DNA of 64,000 nucleotides from Acidobacteriota bacterium (GTDB lineage: Bacteria; Acidobacteriota; UBA6911; RPQK01; JAJDTT01): assembly GCA_965217775.1 (NCBI GenBank), contig CBDCJH010000002.1, forward strand, positions 6,176,001-6,240,000, in the 5' to 3' direction. This document shows positions 29,214 to 39,138 of this stretch, piece by piece. Numbering within the stretch: position 1 is the first letter of the stretch; each line of letters starts with the position of its first letter. The position numbers were made by a program, and so were the translations under genes. The notes under the pieces were generated by a model. That model saw only the letters and a program-made list of their open reading frames with translations. It made no database searches and was not told where the DNA came from.

Positions 29214-32135
29214 ATGAGATCCAGATCGGGATTGCTGGGGGCGTTGCCGTTGCTCTTGTCCACCGTGCTGGCCGCCGCTCCAGGGACTACCTTCGAAAAG
29301 GACGTGCTCCCCATCTTCACGGCCCACTGCTTTGCCTGCCACGGGGGCACCTCCATGATCGGCCTGGATCTGCGCACGGCCCAGTCGATTTTCAAGGGAT
29401 CTCACAACGGTCCGGTGTTGGTGGAGGGCGACCCCTCCAAGAGCCTGCTCTACGAGAAGGTCTCGGCGCGGCAGATGCCGCCCAAGGCCTTCAACCTGGA
29501 CCTGTCCCAGCCCCAGATCGATACCATCAAGAGCTGGATCGAGGCGGGAGCGCCTCACGAGAAGGTTCAGCCCCTCCTCACGGCGGATCAGATGGAGCGG
29601 TTCAACCACCAGGCGCTGCCCATCTTCGAAGCCAAGTGCCTTGCCTGTCACGGCCAGGAACCCCCGCCGGGAGGCCTGGATCTGAGGACGCTGGAGGCCA
29701 CCCTCAAGGGGAGTGAAAACGGGCCCGTCGTGGTGGAGGGGGCTTCCGAGCTGAGCATCCTGATCCGCATCGTGTCCAGTGGGAGCATGCCGCCGCCGGG
29801 AGTCGGATCTCCCCTTACCGACAAGGAAATCGACAGCCTCCGGGCCTGGATCGATTCCTCCCGCTTCGGACCCGATCTCATCACTGAAGAGCGGGAGACC
29901 TTCAGTCTCGCGGAAGCGCCTCCCATCACCGAGGAGGATCGAAGTTTCTGGGCTTTCCACAAGCCGGAGGCCGCTCCGGTGCCCGAAGTCCGGGACCAGG
30001 GCCGGGTGCGGACTCCCATCGACGCCTTCGTCCTGGCCAAGTTGGAAGCCAAGGGTCTGGGCCTCTCCTCCGAGGAATCGCGGCCGACACTGATGCGCCG
30101 CGCCTACTTCGATCTCACCGGTCTGCCCCCTACCCCGGAGGAGATGGAGAAGTTTCTGTCGGACCCCCGGCCGGACGCCTACGAGCGGCTGGTGAACCGG
30201 TTGCTGGAGTCTCCCCACTACGGAGAGCGTTGGGGCCGCCACTGGCTGGACCTGATGGGCTACACCGACATCACCGGATTCGACAACGATCTTCACACCA
30301 CCAGCCTCTTCGAGGGGATGTGGAGATACCGGGACTGGGTGGTCGAGGCCCTCAATCGAGACAAGCCGTATGACCGTTTTCTGACCGAACAACTGGCCGG
30401 CGACGAGCTGGTGGACTGGCGGTCGGCCCAGGAATACACGCCGGAGACGGTACGGCTCCTGACCGCCACCGGTTTCATGCGCAGCAGCATGGACCGGACC
30501 GACTCGGATATCGTCAACCTGCCGGGCGAGAGATACTCGGTCATTTTCGACCTGGTGGAGCGGGTCTCCACCGGAATGCTGGCCCTCACCGTCGGCTGCG
30601 CCCGCTGCCACTCCCACAAGTTCGATCCCATTCCCCAGCGCGACTACTACCGGTTGATGTCGGTCTTCACTCCCGCTTACAACCCCATGCGCTGGAAGCA
30701 GCCCAAGGACCGCTTCCTTCCCGACGTTTCCCGTTCCGACCAGGAGGCCATCGAGCGCCACAACGCCGAGATCGACGCGCCCCAGAAGAAGCTGAAGGAA
30801 AAACTGGCGGCCCTGCGCAAGCCTTACGAGGAAATGCTGCTGGACCGGAAGCTTGAGCAGGTCTCGGATGAGATTCGGTCCGATGTGAAGACGGCATGGC
30901 AGACGTCCGAGGAGGAGCGTGGCGAGGTCCAGAAGTACCTGGCGGAGAAGTTTGCGACTCTGCTGGAGGTGAAGCCGGAGGAAGTGGACAAGGCTCTGAC
31001 CGAGGAACACAAAGCGGAAGGGGCAGGTTTCAAGAAAAAGATCGGTACCCTCGAGGGGTATCGGCGCAGCTTCAACAAGATCCAGGCGCTGTTCGACGTG
31101 GGTCTTCCCCCCGTGACCCGTCTGCTGCAGCGGGGAGACATCGAGTCTCCCGGACCCCGGGTGACGCCGGGCGGCCTGTCGGTCCTGAGCCCGCCCGGCC
31201 GGGACTCGATCCGGAAACCCGAGGAGACCCAGGGAGAAACGAGCGGCTACCGCCTGGGTCTGGCCAGGTGGCTGACCAGCCGCGACCATCCCTTGACGGC
31301 CCGGGTCATGGTCAACCGGGTGTGGCACCACCTGCTGGGACGGGGGATCGTCGCCACTCCCGGGAACTTCGGCCGCAACGGTTCTCCACCCACCCACCCC
31401 GAGCTGCTGGACTGGCTGGCGGTGGACTTCATGGAGAACGGCTGGTCCCTGAAGCGGTTGATGCGAATGATCGCGACCTCCAGCGTTTATCGGCAAGCCT
31501 TGCGCCGGCCGGACGGCGCGCCCGGCGAGACGGTGGATCCGGAGAATCTCCTGCTTTGGCGCATGAACCTGAAGCGTCTGGAAGCGGAGACCATCCGCGA
31601 CGCCATCCTGGCGGCCAGCGGAAGATTGAACCGGAGTCTGGGAGGGACGCCGGCGCTCCTCGAGTTCGACGCTTCGGGCCTGCAGACCGTGGGGGGCGAG
31701 GAACCGAACACCCGGAACCCGTTTCGCCGCAGCCTCTACATCCTGGCTCGCAGAAACTACCCGCTCAACTTTCTGGAGGCCTTCGACTATCCCAAGATCA
31801 CGGTCAACTGCACTCGCAGGGTCAACTCGGTGACGCCGATCCAGTCGCTGACCCTCATGAACGATCCGTTCCTGGTGGAGGAGGCCGGCCATCTGGCCCG
31901 GAGGGTCCGGGATCTGGCCGGCGAGAGTCCCGTAGAAAGAGTCCGGATGGCGTACCTTCTGACTTTATCCCGGCAACCCGAACCGGAGGAGATTCAGATC
32001 GGTCAGGATCATCTCTGGAAGCAGCAGCGCAACTACGTTCTGGCCAACGCCTCTCCGGAGAAGGCGTCCGAGGCGGCATTGTCCAACCTCTGCCAGACGC
32101 TGTTTGCCACCAACGAGTTTCTCTATCTGGAATAA
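29214..32135 (+). CDS. PSD1 and planctomycete cytochrome c domain protein (DUF1549/DUF1553)
   Basis: CFACH, CLACH and CARCH heme motifs; YGERWGRHWLD, ARVMVNRVW and HPELLDWLA. Confidence 0.92.
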   Translation: MRSRSGLLGALPLLLSTVLAAAPGTTFEKDVLPIFTAHCFACHGGTSMIGLDLRTAQSIFKGSHNGPVLVEGDPSKSLLYEKVSARQMPPKAFNLDLSQPQIDTIKSWIEAGAPHEKVQPLLTADQMERFNHQALPIFEAKCLACHGQEPPPGGLDLRTLEATLKGSENGPVVVEGASELSILIRIVSSGSMPPPGVGSPLTDKEIDSLRAWIDSSRFGPDLITEERETFSLAEAPPITEEDRSFWAFHKPEAAPVPEVRDQGRVRTPIDAFVLAKLEAKGLGLSSEESRPTLMRRAYFDLTGLPPTPEEMEKFLSDPRPDAYERLVNRLLESPHYGERWGRHWLDLMGYTDITGFDNDLHTTSLFEGMWRYRDWVVEALNRDKPYDRFLTEQLAGDELVDWRSAQEYTPETVRLLTATGFMRSSMDRTDSDIVNLPGERYSVIFDLVERVSTGMLALTVGCARCHSHKFDPIPQRDYYRLMSVFTPAYNPMRWKQPKDRFLPDVSRSDQEAIERHNAEIDAPQKKLKEKLAALRKPYEEMLLDRKLEQVSDEIRSDVKTAWQTSEEERGEVQKYLAEKFATLLEVKPEEVDKALTEEHKAEGAGFKKKIGTLEGYRRSFNKIQALFDVGLPPVTRLLQRGDIESPGPRVTPGGLSVLSPPGRDSIRKPEETQGETSGYRLGLARWLTSRDHPLTARVMVNRVWHHLLGRGIVATPGNFGRNGSPPTHPELLDWLAVDFMENGWSLKRLMRMIATSSVYRQALRRPDGAPGETVDPENLLLWRMNLKRLEAETIRDAILAASGRLNRSLGGTPALLEFDASGLQTVGGEEPNTRNPFRRSLYILARRNYPLNFLEAFDYPKITVNCTRRVNSVTPIQSLTLMNDPFLVEEAGHLARRVRDLAGESPVERVRMAYLLTLSRQPEPEEIQIGQDHLWKQQRNYVLANASPEKASEAALSNLCQTLFATNEFLYLE

Positions 32136-32216
32136 CGGGTGACCGTCCCTCCCGGCTGATCTTCACCGCCGCCAATCGAGCGGATCGGAGAATCGCCCCG
32201 ACCGAGTCGACAAGTC

Positions 32217-33494
32217 ATGTCCCTGGAACTGCGAAACCGGATCATTCAGGAACTGGATTCGATGTGGCTCATCGATCCGCACACCCACATCGACCCTCAC
32301 CGGCCCGCTGCCGAGACGCTGGCCGACATCCTGGGGTATCACTACTACACGGAGCTGGCCCATTCCGCCGGCATGCCCAGAGAGCAGATCGAGGACCCCG
32401 ATATCGGACCCAGAGAAAAGACGGCGCGGCTCATCGCCCATCTGGGGCCGGTGGAGAACACCGTGCAGTACAGTTGGCTGGTGGAGATGGCCCAAGCGCT
32501 GTTCGGCTTCGACGGGGACCGGATCACGCCGGACAACTGGGAGGCGGTCTATGAGTTGTCTGAGAGCCTCATGTCCTCGGAGACCTGGGAACAGGACGTG
32601 CTCCGGAGGAGCCGGCTCCGGCGGGTGTTTCTGACCAGCGACTTCGACGACCCCTTGGAGGGGTTCGACACGCAGCTCTACGTCCCCTGCCTCAGGACCG
32701 ACGATCTGGTGTTCGGCCTTGCCGATCCGGCGGTGCGCCGCCGCCTGGAAGGAGCGGCTGGGGTCTCCCTTCACAACCCCACGGACTTGCGCAGCGCCAT
32801 GGGCGCCCTGTTCGAACACTTCACCTCCCGCAACGCCCGGGCCGTAGCCATCTCGCTGCCTCCCGACTTCACCCCGGCGAGGATTTCGGCAGGAGATGCG
32901 GCCAGGGCGCTGGAAGGCATCCTGAGGGGTAAAGACGACGGCGACTCGCGGCGCGTGTGGTCCCTGTACGTCTTCTGGACCATCGCCGAATTCTGTGCCG
33001 AGTTCGGTCTGCCGTTCGATTTGATGATCGGAGTCAACCGAGGCGTCTACGAAGCGGGAGTCTTCCAGGGCCAGGACCTGTATGACAGCCGCGTCTCCCT
33101 GATTCAGTACCGCGAACTTTTCAATGCTTTTCCCCGGGTGACTTTCCCCATCTCGGTGCTGGCCAGCGTCACCAATCAGGAACTGACCAGCTACGCCTGG
33201 ATCTTTCCCAACGTGGTGACCCACGGGCACTGGTGGTACTCCAACGCCCCGGCCTTTCTGGAAGGGGATCTGGCGGCCCGGCTCGAGACCGTGCCCGCCA
33301 CCAAGCAGATCGGTTACTACAGCGACATGTACAAGTTGGAGTTCGCGCTGCCCAAGTTCGCCATGTACAAGAGGACGCTGGCCAAGGTGCTGGCGGAGCG
33401 GTTCGTCATCGATCGGGGATGGTCCGAGCTCAGGGCCGTAAGGTTGGGACGGCAGGTGCTGCGGAGCAACGTCGACGCCATCTTCGGCTTCTGA
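32217..33494 (+). CDS. Amidohydrolase superfamily, glucuronate isomerase (UxaC)-like
   Basis: LIDPHTHI, HWWYSN and YYSDMYKLEF motifs. Confidence 0.7.
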   Translation: MSLELRNRIIQELDSMWLIDPHTHIDPHRPAAETLADILGYHYYTELAHSAGMPREQIEDPDIGPREKTARLIAHLGPVENTVQYSWLVEMAQALFGFDGDRITPDNWEAVYELSESLMSSETWEQDVLRRSRLRRVFLTSDFDDPLEGFDTQLYVPCLRTDDLVFGLADPAVRRRLEGAAGVSLHNPTDLRSAMGALFEHFTSRNARAVAISLPPDFTPARISAGDAARALEGILRGKDDGDSRRVWSLYVFWTIAEFCAEFGLPFDLMIGVNRGVYEAGVFQGQDLYDSRVSLIQYRELFNAFPRVTFPISVLASVTNQELTSYAWIFPNVVTHGHWWYSNAPAFLEGDLAARLETVPATKQIGYYSDMYKLEFALPKFAMYKRTLAKVLAERFVIDRGWSELRAVRLGRQVLRSNVDAIFGF

Positions 33495-33513
33495 GAAAAA
33501 GGCTGGGCGACCT

Positions 33514-33538
33514 GGGAGGAGGGACATTCCTGTCCCCC
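33514..33538. repeat. GGAG-type REP-like unit
   Basis: GGGACATTCCTGTCCC, same core as 12943-12958, between convergent genes. Confidence 0.6.
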
Positions 33539-33584
33539 CTCTTCGTTCTTGTCCCCCTTTTCGTTGCCGACCCGGATTCAGCGA

Positions 33585-34634
33585 CTAGTACCCCGAAACT
33601 TCCACCGGCTCAGGTTGAGGGAGGTCCACCTTGGCCAGGTAGATGCTGGTCTTCTCCTCGTGCGAGGAGTAGTAGCTGAGCCAGAGCAGTCCCTCGTGCC
33701 ACACCATCCCGGGGTAGCTGGTGTCCCCTCCGGAGGGTAGGCGGATCAGTTCGGAGACGGTCCCGGCCTCAGGGTCCAGAGACCAGAGGAGGGTTCTTCT
33801 CTCCCCGTCGGGAAAGTAGAGCCGCCCGGAAGCCACCATTCTCCCGTCCGGGAGGGAGATCAGGTTGGGGCCGCCGATGCGCACACCCAACTCCTTCCAA
33901 TTCCACAGCGTGTAGGGCGGCTCCGAGACGCCCACCTGGGCCGAGTTGTCGGTCTTTCCGTCCCGCCGCAGGAGGCAGACTGCCGTTCCGTCCTCACGGA
34001 AGACGATGGCCGACTCGTTGGGATAGCCGCGGCTGAAGAAGACGTTCACGTGGGTTTCGAACTGGACCCCGTCTGCGCTCTTGTAGAGCCGGGCGAACTC
34101 CTCCTGACTGTTGCGATGGCTGGACGATCTTCTTGTCGCGTAGCCGACTCCGTAGCCCGTTCCCTCATGCCAGGTCACCCTCCAGAGCCAGAAATCTTGT
34201 TCGCCCACCGGCTCCCGGGGAGTCCACTCCTTTCCGTCCTTGGAAAAGGAAACCCACGGATTGAATTCGATGAGATCGTCGCCCAACGATCTCGTCTCCG
34301 CGCCCAGAAGCATGAGCCGTCCGTCGGGAGTAACCACGATCTTGGGATCTCTCAGGTCGTTTCCCGGTTCGGGCTGCATATGGACGGCGGAAGACCAGTC
34401 CTCTCCATCGGCGGAAGTGATCACGCGGATGGAACCGTCAGAGGAGACGTGGCCGTCTCCCTCCCGGAAGGTGCAGTACCATCGGTCCTGGAACCGCACC
34501 AGGTCGGTGAAGGCGTTGTGGGGAGCCTGGTCCCAGATCTTCTGAACCGAAACCAGCTTGGCGCCGGACGGTCCGCACCCCGCCGTCACGGCCAACACCA
34601 GCAGCAATCGACAGCAACGGCTCCAACCTGACAT
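33585..34634 (-). CDS. BNR/Asp-box sialidase-like lipoprotein
   Basis: Lipobox TAGC; PHNAFTDL; Asp-boxes SADGEDW and SKDGKEW; SGGDTSYPG. Confidence 0.8.
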   Translation of the reverse strand: MSGWSRCCRLLLVLAVTAGCGPSGAKLVSVQKIWDQAPHNAFTDLVRFQDRWYCTFREGDGHVSSDGSIRVITSADGEDWSSAVHMQPEPGNDLRDPKIVVTPDGRLMLLGAETRSLGDDLIEFNPWVSFSKDGKEWTPREPVGEQDFWLWRVTWHEGTGYGVGYATRRSSSHRNSQEEFARLYKSADGVQFETHVNVFFSRGYPNESAIVFREDGTAVCLLRRDGKTDNSAQVGVSEPPYTLWNWKELGVRIGGPNLISLPDGRMVASGRLYFPDGERRTLLWSLDPEAGTVSELIRLPSGGDTSYPGMVWHEGLLWLSYYSSHEEKTSIYLAKVDLPQPEPVEVSGY

Positions 34635-34700
34635 GTCGTCTCCCCTATCTCGATCCGAGTTGATCCAAGACCCAGCGGCCGTAGTCGCCCGGCAAAATAA

Positions 34701-34775
34701 TGGAGCCGGCGAAGGGAATTGAACCCCCAACCTACGCATTACGAATGCGCCGCTCTACCGTTGAGCTACGCCGGC
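34701..34775 (-). tRNA. tRNA-Thr(CGT)
   Basis: GCCGGCGTAGCTCAACGGTAGAGC...GCGCA-TTCGTAA-TGCGT...GGTTCAATTCC...GCCGGCTCCA cloverleaf. Confidence 0.97.
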
Positions 34776-34884
34776 TCCCAGTGGAGGAAAGAACACATTA
34801 TAGGAACAAGTCACCAGGACTGCCAACGAGCGTGAGCCGAACTCCGAGCCAAATTCGCATTTCCCTGTGAAAGGAGGTGTCGCG

Positions 34885-35400
34885 ATGTTGAGCTTGAGGA
34901 TGGAATCGTATCGGACCCAGTTCGTCGCTTTGGTCCTGGTGGGGCTGATGGCCCTACCGTTGCGTGCGGGTGTGATTCCCGGACGGTGGGAGAAGGTTTC
35001 CCAATTGGAGGCCGGTGCGTCCCTCACCGTGGAAATGAAGAATGGCGATCGAGTCAAGGGGCATTTCATGGTGCTGTCCGAGTTTAGCCTCGAACTCCTG
35101 ATCCACCCCTCTCGTGCCGCGATTCCGAGAAAGGGAATCCAGAGGATTACCCATCATCCGAGAGATGGCGTGGGCGACGGCGTCGGCCGTGGAGCGTTAT
35201 ACGGTGCAGCGGCTGGAGCAGGACTTGGAGCCCTGTTCGAGGATCCTGAAGGTGGCGGTAGCGTAGAACAAAAGATCTTTAATGCGGCTGTTGCCGGTGC
35301 GATTGGGGCTTTGATCGGGGTCGGGCTCGGTTTAGTCAGTGATGCCGTTGTGAAGACCCCGTCGGCCGTAGTTTACGAAGCCCGGCTAATCTCCCGATGA
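34885..35400 (+). CDS. Secreted glycine-zipper protein, paralog 1 of 4
   Basis: AAGGAGG SD; signal peptide; VIPGRWEKV; GxxxG helices; VVYEA. Confidence 0.85.
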   Translation: MLSLRMESYRTQFVALVLVGLMALPLRAGVIPGRWEKVSQLEAGASLTVEMKNGDRVKGHFMVLSEFSLELLIHPSRAAIPRKGIQRITHHPRDGVGDGVGRGALYGAAAGAGLGALFEDPEGGGSVEQKIFNAAVAGAIGALIGVGLGLVSDAVVKTPSAVVYEARLISR

Positions 35401-35627
35401 ATGGCCTTCCGTCTAACGTTCTCCCACGGCTGTCCTGACCTGGCGGCGAGCCATGATCGATTCAATCGAAGCTCTGTTCGTTTGCGGCCGCTCTGGCCGC
35501 GTCGATGCCGGAGCGACGGGTTGTCCTCTGTTCACCCTGTCCGGGAACAAATTTCCTGGAATTGCCACTGCGGATGAGCCGATCTCGGAAGAAAAATCAC
35601 ATTCCTCGGTGAAAAGGAGGTGTTGCG

Positions 35628-36122
35628 ATGATGATCTCGATGATGAAGTCGTACCGAAAACAAGTTGTCTCATTGATCCTTGTGTGCCTGATCTCACTGC
35701 CGTTGCAGGCGCAGGTGATTCCGGGACGCTGGGAGAAGGTCTCGGCCCTGCAGGTGGCGTCACCCATTACGGTGGAACTGAAGGACGGGGATCGAATCAA
35801 GGGTCACTACGAAGACCTTTCCGACACGGACGTCATGCTCGTAACCCACTTCTCCCGGGCTGTGATTCCCAAAGAGGACATAGAGACGATCACGACTCAA
35901 CCGGTGGACGACCTGTCCAACGGTACTCTGATCGGAGGCGGGATTGGAGCCGGGATCATGAGTGTATGGACCGCCGCCTGGTATGCCAAGTCGTATGAGA
36001 GAGCGAATGCGCTGGGCATATTGATGATGGCCGGAATTGGTTTCGGAATCGGGGCGGGGCTTGGCGCTGCGGGCGATGCCCTCGAGAAGCCCGTGCCCAT
36101 CGTACTCTACGAAGCTCCCTGA
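35628..36122 (+). CDS. Secreted glycine-zipper protein, paralog 2 of 4
   Basis: Same architecture; ends VLYEAP. Confidence 0.85.
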   Translation: MMISMMKSYRKQVVSLILVCLISLPLQAQVIPGRWEKVSALQVASPITVELKDGDRIKGHYEDLSDTDVMLVTHFSRAVIPKEDIETITTQPVDDLSNGTLIGGGIGAGIMSVWTAAWYAKSYERANALGILMMAGIGFGIGAGLGAAGDALEKPVPIVLYEAP

Positions 36123-36221
36123 CAACCTGGACGAAATCATGGTGCGGCATCGGACCACCTGAGTTGGTGAGCCAATTCCCGCCGAGAAATCGCATCTCCC
36201 TGTGAAGAAGGAGGCGTTGTG

Positions 36222-36719
36222 ATGATGAATTCAAGGATGAAGTCGTACCGGATTCAAGCGATCTCTGTGGCCCTGACGGGACTGATCTCACTGCCGTTGC
36301 AAGCGCAGGTGATTCCGGGGCGATGGGAAAAGGTCTCGGCTCTGGCGGTCTCATCTCCCATTACCGTGGAACTGAAGGACGGAGATCGAATCAAGGGTCA
36401 TTACGAGGGCCTTTCCGCCACCGACGTTATGGTTGTGAGTCACTTCTCCCGCGCAGTGATTCCGAAAGAGGGCATCGAGACCATTACGATTCGGCCGGAA
36501 GACGGTGTGGGGGACGGTGCCGGGATCGGCGCGGGAGTCGGGTTCGGGATCGGGGCGGGGATCGCCTTGGGCCTGATTCTCAAGCACGGTGGTGGAGAGG
36601 GTGCATTGGGAGCTCTCTTGTTGCTCGGTGGCGTCGGGGCAGGAGTCGGGGCCGGGCTCGGAGCAGCAGGAGATGCCGCCACCAGACCCTTGGAGATCGT
36701 GCTTTACGAAGCTCCCTGA
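36222..36719 (+). CDS. Secreted glycine-zipper protein, paralog 3 of 4
   Basis: Same architecture; ends VLYEAP. Confidence 0.85.
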   Translation: MMNSRMKSYRIQAISVALTGLISLPLQAQVIPGRWEKVSALAVSSPITVELKDGDRIKGHYEGLSATDVMVVSHFSRAVIPKEGIETITIRPEDGVGDGAGIGAGVGFGIGAGIALGLILKHGGGEGALGALLLLGGVGAGVGAGLGAAGDAATRPLEIVLYEAP

Positions 36720-36775
36720 CCACGGGCAACGCGACTCGCGTGGTTTCTGCCTGGCGCAAAGGAGGTGTTTCGGTG

Positions 36776-37273
36776 ATGCACTCAGTGATGAACTCTTTCC
36801 GGATCCATACGATCTCCGCTACGTTGGCGGCACTGCTGTCACTATCGGCTAGTGCGGAGGTGATCCCAGGACGTTGGGAGAAGGTTGCCAGTCTGGCTGT
36901 CGCGTGGCCAATCACCGTTGAATTGAAAAACGGCGATCGAATCAGAGGGAACTTCAGCGGGCTGACCGATTTGAACCTCACACTGGCGACCTACTCTGCC
37001 CGGGCGGTCATACCGAAAGCGGACATTCAAACCATTACCACGCGCCCGAGGGACGGCTTGGCCAATGGTGCCAAGACTGGAGCTGCGGTCGGAGCTGGGT
37101 TCGTCTGCGCACTTGTTGCCGCGTTTGTGATTGCAGAACGACGTGCGAAACCTTTGTGGGTGTTGTCCCTTACGCCCATCGGAGCGGCGGTGGGATCCGG
37201 GATCGGTGTGGCTGTCGACGCCGCCATGAACGCGCCGCCAATCGTACTCTACGAAGCGCCCGAAACTCGTTGA
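36776..37273 (+). CDS. Secreted glycine-zipper protein, paralog 4 of 4
   Basis: Own AAGGAGG SD; same architecture. The 36323 ORF start is a spurious extension. Confidence 0.85.
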   Translation: MHSVMNSFRIHTISATLAALLSLSASAEVIPGRWEKVASLAVAWPITVELKNGDRIRGNFSGLTDLNLTLATYSARAVIPKADIQTITTRPRDGLANGAKTGAAVGAGFVCALVAAFVIAERRAKPLWVLSLTPIGAAVGSGIGVAVDAAMNAPPIVLYEAPETR

Positions 37274-37314
37274 GACGGCTCCGGAAAGGGTTGCCCGATC
37301 TATATTTCGGAAGT

Positions 37315-37638
37315 TCAGGACTGGGCTTGCTTGAGGGCGGCCGCCTGGGCCTTGGCGCCCATGTCCTCCGCTTCCTGGATCCAGCCCTTCGCGTGGTAGA
37401 ACATGGACAAACTGGTGTAGGCCAGCGGGTTGTCCGGCTCCACGTCCCGGTAGCGGAGGCCGTACTTGAGCGCCCGGTCCGGATCCTTGTTGTGGTAGCA
37501 GCACATGGCTGCGGCGTGCAGGGCGTCGCCGTAGTTGGCGTCCTCTTCCAGCGCCCGGTCGAAGGCGGCGACGGCTTCGTCCATGCGGTCATCGGCGAAA
37601 AGGTCCATTCCCTTAAAGTAGTAGTCTTCCTTGGGCAT
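37315..37638 (-). CDS. Small TPR protein
   Basis: YYFKGMDLF...AVAAFDRALEED...PLAYTSLSMFY TPR pattern. Confidence 0.8.
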   Translation of the reverse strand: MPKEDYYFKGMDLFADDRMDEAVAAFDRALEEDANYGDALHAAAMCCYHNKDPDRALKYGLRYRDVEPDNPLAYTSLSMFYHAKGWIQEAEDMGAKAQAAALKQAQS

Positions 37639-37733
37639 CGGCTCCTCGAAAACATCGTCGCCCACGCCGGGCTTCCCGTCAAGAAACCGGCCCGAGGGCG
37701 ATTCGTTGGTGAATTCCCAGTGTTCTGATTTGG

Positions 37734-39137
37734 CTACTCCAGCCGGTTCCCGTCCGTGTCGTAGATTGAAACGGGACCCAACTGGGCCAGGTCCTTCTCC
37801 ACCTGCGAACGGTCGGCCACCACCGTGATGACGGTCCGTTCCGGATCCAGGTAGGTTCGAGCCGTCTCTTGGATCACGTCCGGAGTGACCCGCTGCAGTC
37901 GCTGGACGTAGTTCCGATAGTAGTTTTCCGGGAGGCCGTCCAAGCACCGGCTGGCTTCCAGGTGAGCCACCGAATCGGAGGTCTCCAGGAAGCGGATGAA
38001 TCGGCCGGCCAGTTCCGCCCGGCAACGATTCAGCTCCCGAGACCCCGGGGGCTCCCGTCTCAGGCGGTCAATCTCCTTCAGGCTCTCCGCCACCGACTCG
38101 GCCGCTACGTCGCTCCGCACGTCGCCACCGATGAGGATGACCCCGTCGTGCCGGTACCACTTCACGGTGCTGTAGGCCCCGTAGGTATAGCCCTTTTCCT
38201 CTCTCAGGTTCAGAAAGAGACGGGAGCTGGCGCTGCCCCCCAGGATCTGGTTGGCCAGGAACAGGGGCGTCGAGTCCCGGTGGCCCCGGGGCAGTCCGCG
38301 ACCGGCCACCACGATCCGGGCCTGGACGGAATGGGGCCGGTGTACCAGCAACACCCGCCGTGATTCCGGGGCCGGCGGCAGCGGGGCGGGGTCCGGCTGG
38401 GACACCTCTCCCCTCCAGCATCCCAGGTAACGCTCGGCCAAACGTGTCGCCCGATCCGGTTTCACGGCTCCCGAGAAGGCAAGCAGGGCTCCTTGAGGCG
38501 CCAATAGCCGCCGGTGAATACGGCACAACGCGTCACGGTCCGCCGCCTCCACGTGGGACACTGGGAACGAGACCCGAGCATAGGGGTGGCTGCGGTAGAG
38601 AGCCGCATGGCTCCGCTCCCGCGCCAGGAACGCCGGTTGGGACCGCTGGGACAGAAGGTGGCTTCTCCAGCGGCTCCGGGCCTTCTCCAATTCCTCTTCC
38701 GGGAATGCCGGGTGCAACACCAGGTCCGCCAGCAACTCCAGGGCCGGCTCCAGGTAACGGGCCAAAACCGTCAGGGTGATCCGGCTCTGCTCCATCCGGA
38801 CCTGAGTGCCGTAGTGGATCGCCAGTTGGTCCAGTAGATTCGCAACCTGACGGGCGGAACGGGTCTCGGTTCCCTCTTCCAAAAGCTCGATGGCCAGACT
38901 CGTCAGGGCCAGGTTTCCGGTGGAATCGGAGGTGCGGCCCGTGGGCCAGGCCAGGCAGAGGGAGACCTTGGGAAGGGCGAAGTCCTCGACCGTCAGAACC
39001 CGAAGCCCGTTCCCCAGGACGGTATCCGGAATCTCCGGATAGCCCGGTTTCGGCAACGGCGCTATCGGTGGTGGCTGGTCCATCCGCATGATCGTCGTCG
39101 TCCGCGTCTCGCCTGCGGGCAATGGTGCAACCTCCAA
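37734..39137 (-). CDS. M16 peptidase, non-catalytic subunit
   Basis: LGNGLRV; SSRLFLNLREEKGYTYG; no HXXEH; start uncertain. Confidence 0.88.
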   Translation of the reverse strand: MEVAPLPAGETRTTTIMRMDQPPPIAPLPKPGYPEIPDTVLGNGLRVLTVEDFALPKVSLCLAWPTGRTSDSTGNLALTSLAIELLEEGTETRSARQVANLLDQLAIHYGTQVRMEQSRITLTVLARYLEPALELLADLVLHPAFPEEELEKARSRWRSHLLSQRSQPAFLARERSHAALYRSHPYARVSFPVSHVEAADRDALCRIHRRLLAPQGALLAFSGAVKPDRATRLAERYLGCWRGEVSQPDPAPLPPAPESRRVLLVHRPHSVQARIVVAGRGLPRGHRDSTPLFLANQILGGSASSRLFLNLREEKGYTYGAYSTVKWYRHDGVILIGGDVRSDVAAESVAESLKEIDRLRREPPGSRELNRCRAELAGRFIRFLETSDSVAHLEASRCLDGLPENYYRNYVQRLQRVTPDVIQETARTYLDPERTVITVVADRSQVEKDLAQLGPVSIYDTDGNRLE

Positions 39138-39138
39138 T

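Noticed and set aside
35410-35550. Integron attC site after paralog 1 (GTCTAAC)
   Set aside because: No matching GTTRRRY end; not repeated after the other copies.
34701-37273. tRNA-Thr-integrated island carrying the paralog array
   Set aside because: The array lies 5' of the tRNA; no integrase or duplicated tRNA 3' end seen.
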